From positions 6,048,122-6,112,121 of the forward strand of contig MU053810.1 of NCBI GenBank assembly GCA_013239625.1: a DNA stretch of 64,000 nt, given 5' to 3'. This DNA is from Lama guanicoe (taxonomy: Eukaryota). This document shows positions 40,896 to 53,297 of the stretch, piece after piece. The notes beneath the pieces were generated by a model. That model saw only the letters and a list, made by a program, of their open reading frames with translations, ran no database searches and was not told where the DNA came from. Position 1 is the stretch's first letter, and each line of letters begins with the position of its first letter. A program made the position numbers and the translations under genes.

Positions 40896-41149
40896 CTGGA
40901 GGACAGCACAAAACACAACAGAGGTGCACACGTCACCCGCTGGGATCAGCTCTCAAATTCCTGCTCTAATGAATTAAAACCTACTTTTGAGACCTGGTTA
41001 GTAAAGAGCCAAACTCTCATGTTCCCCTCCAACTCATGGCTTCCTCTCCCTACATTTTTAGGCTTCTTCTCAGACTGAAGCACATTTTTTTTCTATTACC
41101 ATGCAAAGGAACAAACTCATTAATAAAGTAACCATCTATTTCCTCTTAG

Positions 41150-41271
41150 TTTTTTTGGGGGGGGGTAATTAGATTTATTTTTATTTAATTTTTAGCGGAG
41201 GTACTGGGGAGTGAACCCAGGACCTTGTGCATGGCTAAGCACACGCTCTACCACTGAGCTACACCCTCCCC
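41150..41271 (-). mobile_element. Vic-1-like SINE
   Basis: Reverse complement of the 4536 SINE (gaacccaggacc...ctctaccactgagctacaccctcccc). Confidence 0.85.
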
Positions 41272-43821
41272 TACTTCCCCCTATTTTTAAGTATTCAAGT
41301 TTTTTTTTTTAAAGTTTCTATGTATATTAAAATTTTTAAGTGAAACAGCCTAAAGTGAAAGTTGAGGACATAGATACATAATACATAAAAGTATAAAAGA
41401 ACTTACAATGAAAATCAACAGTTCCCTTCTTCCAAAGGCACCAAATTTATCTGTTGGTTTCAGTATTTCAATTAATAATCTGAGTTCTTAATCTGTTGCC
41501 TTTCTGCTAAGACAGACGAGGATTCAGCCCACGACCCCTCTCCTAACCTGCCCGGATTGTTGCCTTTAGTTCTTCCAGTGATGACATGTGTCATCCTGTA
41601 GCATCACGTCCGGCTTCATCCTGCGTGAGGACAGCAGCCCTCCTGTTCTTCCCCCTAAGGTAACTGTGCACTAGAGAGACTTACATTCCATTCTGTTCCA
41701 TTCTGTACCCTTGTTACCCTTGTTTTCATGTTGGCTCCTTCTGAAAGCTAAACTAATAAAAAATTACTACTCCCATTATGTAAAAATGTTTACTGCAGAA
41801 TCAAGACTTGTACTGTGATTTTATTTCCTTCTCTGTGGTTCCATCATTCAGAACAGAATGTAAGATCATGGTCGAAAGGCCTCTGATGTTCTATACCAAG
41901 TGACACAAAATACAACTTAAAACACGACGCGTTTTAGTTTGCTCTGCCTTCCTGTACGGAAGGCCACTGCCGCATGTAACTGCCTCCTTTTCTTTGTTAC
42001 CTTGACTGCTTTCCAGCTCTGCTGTGCAGCTGCCATCTCAGGAGGACTTTTCATTCAACTTGCTGGTTCGTTCCACTCGTTTTACTACCTACGTCTTTCT
42101 CTTTTGGTGTTTCCATATTTTTGTTGCAGTTTATCCACAGATAACTTACCCAGGATATGTGCATCGGAAGTCAGTTTTTTAGTTCTTAAGTGTGGTAATG
42201 ACTCCTGCTTCATACTTACTGGGCGGTTGGACCAGATACAGAAGTCTAGTCGCTGCCTTCCAGGGCCCGGGGCTTTGCTCTACACTGAGCAAGCTGTCGT
42301 CTCTTTCCCTTTTGTTGGTGACTTTTTTTCTTTAACTTTTGTGTTTTGAGTCTGTTCCTTAAAATAGTTGTTACACGATTGTACTGATCTTCTTAGCTTT
42401 TCTCATTTTCTTCCACTGCTGTTTTCATTTTGGAAGACTTCCTCAGTGTCACATCCCAGCAATTCTTTGGCGTTAGTTTTTCACTTTCATTTAACATTTC
42501 TAAGGGCTTGTTCTTTGTTTTTTTAAAAATATTCTCCTGTTCTTGCTTTATGAATGCAGTATTTTTGAGTCCTGTTTTTTTCCCTGCTTCTTTCTTTGAC
42601 TTGGTCTCTTTCATGCAGTGAGCTTCAGTCAACTGCTTAGCAGTCCTACTAAATAAATCCCAGTTGTCCATTCATACTTGTGACAGAATAGGGCCTAGGA
42701 GCCCTGTCGGGGGAACGGAGCTAGAATTTACAAGTCTTTGGAGAATTTTCTTAGAGAACATTCCTGTGGATTTTCTTCCTAAGTGCATTTCTGCGCAGAC
42801 TTGCTGGAACTTCACTGTTTGGCACAAGAGCTACAATTAATTTCCCTCTTTTCAGTCCCACTTCTTACTTCAGCCTCAGTAACACCTTTATTTCTGAAGC
42901 CGGAACCGCTCCCAGGTATGTCAACTCCATCAGCTCCGGCCCCCTCATGCCGAGTTTCCTATAGTACTGCCAAACTGCCCTCTAAGGGAGGGGGGTGCGT
43001 ACAGCAAATTATGATGCTCAACAGTATAGTTAAAAAAAGAAATACACCCTTTGGAGAGGTTTTGCTCTGTGGAAATTTAAAAAATCTGAAAGGTAATTAT
43101 TTGGGATTCTTTCAAGAATTAGGCTAACGACAGATCTCGGATCACAGCTGCTTACTAACAATTGCTCACTCCATCTCACTCGAGATCTTTTGTCTCCAAA
43201 TGACTTTGGATTTGGTTTGGAAACGGCTCATTCTCAAGATAGTCATCAAAACTGATAATATGCAAAAAGATCTGCCTTCCACAGAAGTTCTGAGGATACG
43301 TGGCCGTGTATCAGAAACAAACTTTAACCTTCAGTGGCTAAAGCTTAATTTGCACATGTTGGTTTAAAAAAACTGCTTTTCTGTTACCATTTCTTTAGTT
43401 ACATTCATAGCGGTTCAGTAGGATGGACTAGGAAAGAGCGGTTTTGAGAGGTCTCCTGGCGTGTGGCTGTGGCAAGGATGAGGGCTCGGACAAGGAGGGG
43501 TATCTGGGTGCCTGGGAGCAGTGTGGCTGCTGGGATGGGCGTGGGGAAGACTGCTCCAAACCAGTGGCTCTTGGCCCAGACTGCATGCTGCAGTCACTTG
43601 ATAGCTTCCAAAAAATGTTAGTGCCCAAGCCCTACCCAAGACCCAATAAATCAGAATCTTTGGGAAGAATTCTAGCAGAAATATGAATTATCTAAGTTTT
43701 TCCCTCTCAGTTTCTATCAAATCAAGAATTGACCAAACTTGGTCTTGTATCGTTTGTTTGGTTCAAGAGCTCTGCCACACCATACCTGCTCTTGCCTTTC
43801 TTCTTTTAGAAATAATCTCAC

Positions 43822-43902
43822 CTGTAACACGTACTGCCGTGCTCTGTCCACGTCTCCTGGTAAACTGAACCGTCTCATTATCATGGCGTTCATTTCTGGG
43901 AA
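43822..43902 (-). CDS. PDSS1: PDSS1 exon 11 (81 nt), FPEMNAMIMRRFSLPGDVDRARQYVLQ
   Basis: tag|TTCCCA and CAG|gtgaga on the minus strand. Confidence 0.96.
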
Positions 43903-44057
43903 CTAACCAGAAAGAAAGAAAATCTATTTAATGCTCTTGGGAAAATCACTAGTTTGTAACAATAGGAAAAAAACCACAAAGGTGATTAAATGTTTAGATG
44001 ATGGGGCCGGGGCTGGTGTGGAGGTGGAGGGAGTAAACTAGCAATGAAAGCAGCAGA

Positions 44058-44400
44058 GGGGCGGAGCCATGATGGTGGAGTGGAGACTCACAGCCCACCC
44101 TCTCTCACAAATACACCAAGAATTACATCTACAAACCCAGTGAATCGCACAGAACACCTACTGAACTCTCTGGCAGAGTGTCTCTCATTTCGAAATATAG
44201 GATTCTCACAAAATCCAATAAACAAGTTTATACAGTAGAGCACAGGGAACCATAGTATCTTGTAGTAACTTATGATGAAAAAGAATATGAAAATGAATAT
44301 ATGTATGTTCCTATGTGACTGAAGTATTGTGCTGTACACCAGAAACTGACAACATTGTAAACAGACTATACTTCAATAAAAATATATTTAAAAAAAAAAA
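44058..44400 (+). mobile_element. Mini-L1: L1 5' UTR start joined directly to L1 3' end and poly(A)
   Basis: 44058-44216 resembles the L1 5' UTR at 53300 onward; 44217-44400 resembles the L1 3' ends at 46015-46190 and 55970-56160. Confidence 0.75.
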
Positions 44401-44779
44401 AGGTAGAGCTAAGAGGACATCTGTTTCCACGCCCGGGACGAGCTGGTGTGGCATCGATCCATGTTTATTCTGCCCTTCTGTTCTATCCTTGGTCCAACAC
44501 TGAGTTAAGAAAGACAAGGAACAAAAGCACATCCCTAAAATCTCCTTAGTGGCTTCTGTGGATCTCAAACTTAAGGTTGCACCAGAATCACTGGGGGCCT
44601 AGGCCCCCCCCCCGCCAGTTTCTAATCAGCAGGGGTGGGGCCTGGGTGCACTTCTGCTGTGTCTGAGATGAGGTTGATTGTGCTCTTCTCTGACAGCAAA
44701 TCTGAGAACCACTGGCCTAAGATGCAGGTGGGCCTTCTGTTTTTCCTACTAAATGGAGTGGCACGTGCCAGCTACCACA

Positions 44780-46190
44780 CAGCCCAGAAATAAGCCCACA
44801 GACCTACGGTTAATTAACCTGCAACGAAGGAGGCAAGAATATACAATAGAGAAGAAGTCTCTTCAGTACATGGTGTTGGGAAAGCCGGACAGCAGCATGT
44901 AAATCAATGAAGGCAGATCACGCCCTCACACCATAACACAAAAATAAACTCAAAATGGCTTAAAGACTTAAATATAAGACATAATAAACCTCCTAGAAGA
45001 AAACATAGGCAAAACATTCTCTGACTTAGATCTTAGCAATGTTCTCCTAGGGCACTCTACCAAGGGAACAGAAATAAAGGCAAAAAATTAACAAATGGGA
45101 CCTAATTAAACTTACAAGCTTTTGCACAGTAAAGGAAACCATAAGCGAAACAGAACAAACTATGGGAGAAAATATTTGCCAATGATGCGACTGACAAAGT
45201 TTTAGTTTCCAAAATAAATAAGTAGCTCATACAACTTAATAACAAAAACAATCCAATCAAAAATGGGCAAAGACCTAAGCAAGCAATTCTCCAGTGAAGA
45301 CATACAAATGGACAACAGGCACATGAGAAAATGCTCAATGTTACTAATTATCAGAGAAATGCAAATCAAAACAACAATGAGGTATCACCTCACACCAGTC
45401 AGAATGGCCATCATTCAAAAGTCCACAAATGACAAATGCTGGAGAGGCTGTGGAGAAAAGGGAACCCTCCTATACTGCTGGTGGGAATGTAGTTTGGTGC
45501 AGCCACTTTGGAAAACAGGATGGAGGTTCCTCAAGGAACTAAAAATAGACTTACCATATGATCCAGCCATCCCACTTCTGGGCATATATCTGGAGGGAAC
45601 TCTAATTTGAAAAGATACATGCACCCCAGTGTTCACAGCAGCACTACATACAATAGCCGAGACATGGAAACACCGTAAATGGCCATCGACAGATGATAAA
45701 GAAGTTGTGGTATATTTATACAATGGAATACTACTCAGCCATAGAGAATAAAATAATGCCACTTGCAGCAACATGGATGGGCCCAGAGATCATCATTCTA
45801 AGTGAAGCAAGCCAGAAAGAGAGAGAAAAATACCATATATCACTTATAAGTGGAATCTAAAAAAAAAAGAAAAGAGGACACTAATGAACACATCTACAAC
45901 ACAGAAAAAGACTTGCAGACATAGTAATCAATCTTACAGTTACCAGGGAAGGGGGTGAGAAAGGATAAATTTGGGAGTTTGAGATTTGCAAATGTTGGCC
46001 ATTACATATAAAAATAGATAAAAAACAGATTTCTTCTGTATAGCACAGGGAACAATGTTCAATATTGTGTAATAACCTTTAATGAAAGAATATGAAAATG
46101 AATGTATGTATATATATGCGTGACTGGGACATTGTGCTGCACACTAGAAACTGACACACTATAAATGACTGTACTTCAATCAAAAAAAAA
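44780..46190 (+). mobile_element. 5'-truncated L1 (ORF2 3' part, 3' UTR, A-tail)
   Basis: ORF 45263-45610 is L1 ORF2 ([21 protein letters not shown]...[13 protein letters not shown]). Confidence 0.93.
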
Positions 46191-49100
46191 TCTGTATTCT
46201 ACAATATTTAGCAACAATTTAGGAGAACTGTTTGCATTAGCCAGGACCACAAGCCTTTCACTTTCTAGAATCGAGCTCCAGTCCTGGCACTGCCACAGCT
46301 GGTTACTCAACCGCTTGGGCCCCTGCTTCCCCATCTGTATTATGAAGGAGCTGAGCTATGTGAGCAGAAATCTGTTACTTCTCATCGCTTTTGGGTCGCT
46401 GAAATAAAAGGTAAGACGTCTGGTTCTGGCCACGTCAGTGTTTACAGCAGTTGCCAGTTCTTCCCTGGCCATGAGCCTGAAGGATGAAATAAGCTGCTGT
46501 CCTGTAACCAGCAGCATGGTATTAGTAATCCTAGAGGAAAAAGTAGGTCACACGTGGACAGATCTCAATTCGATGATGGCAATGAGGAATTAAGAATGTT
46601 CCTTTCAGGGCAAAGTACGCATCGGAACAAAGTTCTAGACACGTAGAGGCTGCTAATAATATGTTTATAAAATTTAAAAAGGCAGCAATTGATGAGTTCT
46701 TAAATGAAAACCAGTAGTTAGTTTTAGTTACTGGTCTTTTAAGAATAAAATTTATGAGGGGTGGGGGAAATAAAAAGAATAAAACTTACGTTTCATTACC
46801 AGTCGGGAAAGCTGAACTGATTAATTTTAGTGGTAAAAAGTCAAATCCGTAAGACGTGTCTTAGTTTTTTAAGAACATATTTCAAAATTGGATTTCTAGA
46901 AGGCTATACATCCTTAAAGCTAACGTGCTACTGTCCTGGGCATCTGGTAACATCACATTGTTTATGGTAGATGAGCTTTTTCTGCAGTGCCAACAACTGT
47001 GTAAAATGTGCTGATTTGGGTGGTTTCTGATTCCTTTTACTATAAAAAGCATTGAGAAAGCAAAGTTTGAAAAAAATTTTTTTGCATTAAGTGTGGCTAT
47101 ATCCTTCCTTTGAAACATGTTGTGTGTGCAATTTTAATATGCAAATATCAAACTCTTCCCCCTGGGCACTCCCTGTCCCCGAAATGTGCACAACGAAATG
47201 AAAAACGGGACAGGCCGGAACGACACCAGCCTGCCTGCAGATTTACTGAGGAGGAGGAAGATCCTTGTTTGCCTGGGCTCTGTTGTTAAGAGTCGGAAAA
47301 TCATCTGTGGACAGATCAGATTCTAACTGTGCGAACTCTGTCCATAAACTAACCAGAGGGGATCAGTGAACTGCAGTGAGCTTATCACTCAGCCAAGACT
47401 TGGGTGATGAAGGCACCAGCTAGTCACCCAGTAGCAGAAGCCTGGGCAGCTGGTGCAGGGGCTGGTGCGGCGGCTGGAAGCCGGACGACAGGCTGACATT
47501 TAGGTCTGGTGACTGATCACAGAGAGAAGAAAAGCACAAGAAAGGAAAGATCTTTAAAGGGTATTTGAGAACTAACGTTATCACCCCCCAAAGAGAAAAC
47601 ACTTCTGTTTGGTTTCTGAAGATCTTGAAATCCAACCTATATTCTTTAAAGGTCTATTTTAACACGCAGGTTTTGTTTCTGCAGACAGTATGTGTACATG
47701 GGTGGACACGGTCCCCCCTGGGACCTCCCCAGAAATCTGGCAGCTTTTCTTAAATCCTCTGTATCACCTGTTATCAGGAAACTCCCTCAGAGAAACATCA
47801 GAAATAGTGAATTCCAAGAGGGGGTTTCTGTCAAGTCGCTGAGTCCAGCAAACTCCAATATCAAGACAACCCAGCAAGTTAAACGAGGAAAGGTGGTTTC
47901 CCAAGGTTGCTGGTCTTGGTCCAGTGAGACTCAATGTAAACGGAAAAGTTCCAAGACTAACTAACCTGCAAACAAAACTCACCTACCTCTGGAAAGACAT
48001 TACTGACATCTTACTAGTCCACTAAAGGGGCAGGTTACCGACAACAGTGAAAGCCGACCCAGAGCCTCTTCTCTGCGTGTCGCCAGTGCCTTTCTGGGTC
48101 CCTGCTCTGCGGGGACTCCTCGAGCTCAGACAAGCCCATCAGGCACCAGCACTGGCCACCACGGACGGTGGCAGGAATTCCGCATCATGTAGCAACGTGA
48201 GTGCTGGTCCTAGAAGACTTGGGGCGTTTATTGCCCAAGATGCCATCTCCCAGATGTTTAATTTTGGCCAAGTCTGAGCATCACTTGCTTATTTGTAGAA
48301 GGGACAGAACACCTACCACGGAGCAGAGCTGTGAGGTCAGAGAGAACATCCAAACTTTGCAAACCATAAAATCATTCAATGGAGAGACTGCACATTCTCA
48401 TGTTAGTTTTGGAACTTGTTTTACCCCAGGTCAACTTGAGCCTCATAAATCTTTCGACAAAGAAAGTTCTGACTAAGAATCTAACTTTTGATCATGTAAT
48501 CTGTAGTAGAGCCTAAACGTGATGTTTTATTTGAAAACAACACACGCATTCGACTCACTTCTGGCCCACACACTACAGGACAGAACAATCAGTCTGCTTG
48601 GGAAACAAGCCCTGTCCCAGCTGCTTCCCACTTGGCCTCATTCCGTGTCCCTTCTCTAAGGCTGCGGTGTGCCTTTAGCTCCTTTTAACTCCTTTCCCTA
48701 CTGCCTTCTGGGCAGACGGGAGAAGTGGTGAGGGTGAGTGTGTGCCCCGGGATGCTGGCCTTTCCCAGTGACACACACAGAGCTGTGGTTTAGGACACTG
48801 GAAACCTGTTTGTTCCTTTTCCTTGTTTTTTTTTTTTTTCTCCAAACCATCATTTTTAATCTCTGTAGATAACCAACAAGTCAGTCTGGAGGAGTGGTCC
48901 ACCTGCCCGCTGAGTTGACCCTGCACATCTGAAAGCAAAGTTAGTCACTCTCCTTTGTGTAAAGGAGGGCAAAGGGGCTCCTTCTGAAGTATGCTCGGAG
49001 TGAAGCACCGTCAGCAGAGGCAAACGTTCTCAGTCACCTTAAGGTCAAAGCAGGACTCAGCGGTTAACCTGGCGTCAAGGGGCCTGTGACAATTATTTAC

Positions 49101-49742
49101 AGTTGTTGAGATGTTTAAGGGCACAGCACCCAGTGCTTCTCAGTAGACTGTGGCTTCTTTAGGGGACAGCGTGTTCCTCAGTTGCCCTGATGACCGGGGC
49201 CGGGCTGAGGGGGGCTTCCTGGGAGGTGGGAGCTCCGTGCGCTCCCCAGCTCCTGGCTCCTCGTTCCCGTCTCCCGACCAGGCCTGGGGAGCTCACTCTG
49301 CGGCCACTGCCTCATCTTTCTCATCTCAGACGTGCCTTACTTTCCCCTGGCTCATGAATCTTCTGCTTTTTGTGGGTTAATGGTAACACAGAAAATGTCC
49401 CTCCCTCGTGCGTTAATGCACACGATTTTACAGACTCTTGTCAGAATCTGGTACTCGTATTAATACTCTTCTTGAGGCCCGGGCTGGCGAGTTAGTCTCT
49501 GTAGGAGGAAGAAGTCGTTCACGGCACCTCTCACCTCTGCGTCCACGCTGAGGCTGGCGGGAGCCCGGTAACCAGGACAGACGTCTCCTTGTGGGGTCGT
49601 TGCTCCGGCACCTCCGCTCACAGCCCTCATCCCTCAGTTGACGGCTGTTGCCCGCGCTAAGCCGGCCCCGCCCCCCGGCCTTCTGAGAATGACCCTGTTT
49701 GCGGCTCTGCGAGGTAGTGGATGAAATACCTCTCCCCCCTCC

Positions 49743-49870
49743 TTTTTTTTAGTTTTTTTTAATGAAGTGGGGTAATTAGCTTTATTTAGTTAGAAGTACT
49801 GGGAATTGAACCCAGGACCTAATGCATGCATGCTAGGCACGCTCTCTACCACTGAGCTATACCCTCCCCC
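49743..49870 (-). mobile_element. Vic-1-like SINE
   Basis: gggaattgaacccaggacc...ctctaccactgagctataccctcccc. Confidence 0.85.
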
Positions 49871-50865
49871 TCTCCCCTTGTGTGTCAGAAACTGATCAAA
49901 TGCAAGGTCACTGGTTTCTAGAATATCAAAATGGAATCATGGAGGTCTTTGGAAGACGTGATTTATCTGCGTAAATTCTAAGAGGAGGCAAAATCTCTAA
50001 GACTGAAAGTTACTAAAATTTGAGGCCAAAGAGCTAATTTTTAATTTCACGGCATGGTGATGAACATCTCACTGCTTTGCTGAATGACAAATTAAATGTT
50101 ACTCAGATAAAAATCTATTAAAATGATGTCCAAATACCAGCTAATGTCCCACTTCTTTCAAACAGCACTTGGCATGGCCAGAGGTGGTGTGGCCCGGGGC
50201 CAGGGCAGGCTCTGGAAATGCCTGCCTTGTGAGTCACGGCAGCGTCTTGGAAGCTCCCTCAGCTTTTCATCCATAGGAGGGAGACTGAAGGCAGCTGTAC
50301 TTACTTCCTGCACTGACAGCCCCCTGGTTTTGCAGGAAGGAGGAACTGTGTGGTTCCAGGGGTGCCTTCCACTGACGTCTTGACACTTTGCGGCCAGGGC
50401 CAAGGCACTGGGAGCTGCAAACAGTCCCATTAGACTTCTGGAACTGGAGGATTTCTCAGGCTTGGAAGCCCTTCCTGGGCCTTTTTAACGGGCTCTGAGG
50501 CACACTCAAAGTCCTGTCCTACAATCAAGATGTGGAAACCCGCCACCCTGTCAGTGCCCCAAATACACGGAAGCACTCTTGACGCCTCCTTAAATTTAGC
50601 ACACCGCTCTTAGTTTACATAGTCTCTCCACGAATATTCTCTCAGTTAATCCTCACAACGACCCCAGGAGGCAGCTGTCTCCTCAATGTTACAGAGGACA
50701 CAGGTGGATCGCAGAGGCACAATGACTGGCCTGGACACCCCGGTCCCTGTGCCCTCTTACAGACACTTCTCCATCTCCTGCGAGACCTGCCCGCCCGCTG
50801 AGCCCGGAAGGAACTGGTTCTGCAGGGCTACCTGGCAGCGCATCCAGAGAGTTCATAAAACCTAC

Positions 50866-50979
50866 CTGCTGACAAGCAAATAAGACAGGGCCGGTGGCTA
50901 AGCCGAGCTTCAGGTCGGCCGATGTTGGTTTGCCCATCTGGTCAGAACACGAGGTGAAGTCCAGGACGTCATCTATCAG
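50866..50979 (-). CDS. PDSS1: PDSS1 exon 10 (114 nt), LIDDVLDFTSCSDQMGKPTSADLKLGLATGPVLFACQQ (second Asp-rich motif)
   Basis: cag|CTGATA and CAG|gtaggt; DDxxD motif of trans-prenyltransferases. Confidence 0.97.
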
Positions 50980-51084
50980 CTGGCAGGAGGGAGAAAGGGT
51001 TGTCGCGGGCACCCCCCCCCCAGCGTCCCTGCTGCCCGTCCCACCGCACCAGCAGGCTGCCCGCTGACCAAGCCGAGGACCAAC

Positions 51085-51165
51085 CTGGAAAGCGATGCCC
51101 ACGTTCCTTCCATATTGATAGGCAATCTCGTGCACCACTGGGTCAGGGCATCCCAGGACAGAGAC
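51085..51165 (-). CDS. PDSS1: PDSS1 exon 9 (81 nt), VSVLGCPDPVVHEIAYQYGRNVGIAFQ
   Basis: cag|GTCTCT and CAG|gttggt. Confidence 0.96.
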
Positions 51166-53297
51166 CTGAAAGAAAGAATCCAGAGATAAGGCACTGGGTG
51201 GCAGAAGCAGGGCAGCCAACCCCGGCGTGGAAGGAGCAACATGTCCTTTCTCTTAGGAAAGAGGCAGTGAGGCTGGATGATGCTACCTGGAGACCAAACA
51301 CGTGCAGAGTACCTGTGCTTTTAATGAAAGGATTTCTGCCTCAGATTGTTTTCTTAAACTTTAAGAAAACCATCCTTTTCCCCATCACAGGGTAAGCCGT
51401 GTTTCCCACCATGTAGAAAAACCCAAGAGATGACTGGACCAGTTCTGCTGTAAGCCTTTTAGACATGCAAAAGAAAGAGACTCCAGTAATGTGAAATGCT
51501 GGCTTCCAGGACCCGGCAACCTCGACAAACTGTTGGCATTATTTTTATTTTTCCATTGACTTACCCTTATTTTAGAGATAAGACATCTAATCTGATGTAA
51601 TCACATACAGGAAATTGCTATGCATATTTCCCCATTTGCAGTCCTTTCTTACAGTCGTCTTTGGTGATTTCACTTAATTTGAAATGCAGTTTTTTTCTTG
51701 ATGCATCTGTAAGAGCCTCAGGCCTCGAGCTTCAGACACATACTATTCCTTCATTCTCAAATGACTTTCCTTGGTCCTAAGGTTTCCAGATTTCTCTCAC
51801 AAGTTAACTGCATAAAAACATTTTTCCTCTTTTCAGTCGGGGAGAAATAGGACTTCTAAATCTTTGGTAAAACTCCAAAAAGTCAACTGGCACCAGCCAC
51901 TCAGCGCACTTCCTGCTGCTCTGCTAAGCATGCTAAGCAGGCCAGGCCACCCTGCAAACGACAAAGATGATAAAAACCAAAATGGGGGCAGGAGGGACAC
52001 TCCTCTACCGGAGGGGGCAGGTAGGTACTGACCCACGAGAAAGTCAGATGGGGCTCCTCCAGCCCTTCTGTCACTGGTCCCTGACCTCAGCCCCCACCTC
52101 TGGCAGGGACCCTGCTTGGCTCAGGCATCGGTGTGCCGGGGGGTGAGGGCTGGGCTCTGCAGCTGGCCGGCAAGGGCGGCCCCTTAAAATCACCACTGTG
52201 ACCTTCGTGTGTTAGTGAGTCTGTGCTTCAGTTTCCTCATCTGGGAGACGTGGGACCAAAAGCACTTACAGGCCCACACGTGGTGCTGCCAGGAAACCCT
52301 CCCTGGTATGTTTGCTGTTACCACTAACGGCCCTCCTCCTCCTGGGGCATTTGATGCAGGAACAGGACAGGGCGGGTGGCCCACGCACCTCTGTGAACCG
52401 AAGCCGGGGCCCATTCCCTGCTCAGCCCGGAGGATGTCTTTGACGACATAATGACTGAGTGCGTAATGTCTGGCCAAACGTTCTCCATAAAAACGCACAC
52501 GTCATAAAAGGTCAGGCAGCCACTTAACTTGAATGAATAATAAGCTCAACTGCTTTCAACAGCAAAGACCTCACCCCTCGCGGGCACGGCCCCGCGGGCT
52601 GTAAGGAGGGATCCCCCTTCCACGAGCGACCCTAGGAGGTGACACGCGAGACAGCCTAGACGTTTGAGAAGTCAAGAAAGGCATCAACTCGGCTGAAAGC
52701 GTCAGTGTCGCGAGATCTGGGCTGCCTGGGAAATGCCGAGCTCCGACCGCAACGAGACCCCTTTCTAGACAGAAAAACCTCACACGGCGGTTCCGCAGCG
52801 CGGGTGACGCCGCTTCCTCCACACAAAACAGCACAGAAATACAACCTTCCTTCCTGAGAAGTAGAAGGTTTTAAAAACCCCATTCTATTTCTAAACTCAA
52901 TGAATTAAAATTTATGGAGTACGTAGGACGGGCACTTTACATTCTCTCAGTTAAGTCTCACGACATCCCATAAATATTTCTTCTGCGGGTGAGGATGGTA
53001 AAAGCTAACCATTCCTGAGATTTCTCACGTGTCCCTCACTTAGGAGGAAGGAGCGGAGGCACAGAAGGTGCCAGGCGTTGCAGGACCAGGAAATGGTGGG
53101 ATCAGAGTTGAATTCCAGTGGTCTCCCTCCAGTGACTGCTCGCAATCACCAAGTTCATAACCTGGCTCCAGTCACACAAACCCAACTAGAAACAACGTAA
53201 CTTGTACAACTTGGCTTGTAGTCTTCAAAATACCAAGGTGATGTAAGAAAAAAGAAATACCCAGGAATTACCATTAAGAGACTAAAGACTCAGGACA

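Noticed and set aside
45102..45774. Protein-coding ORFs here and at 2127-2469, 8151-8671, 54326-55681
   Set aside because: Fragments or antisense frames of degenerate L1 ORF2.
50689..51219. Single-exon 176-aa prenyltransferase ORF
   Set aside because: It is PDSS1 exons 9 and 10 plus read-through of flanking introns.
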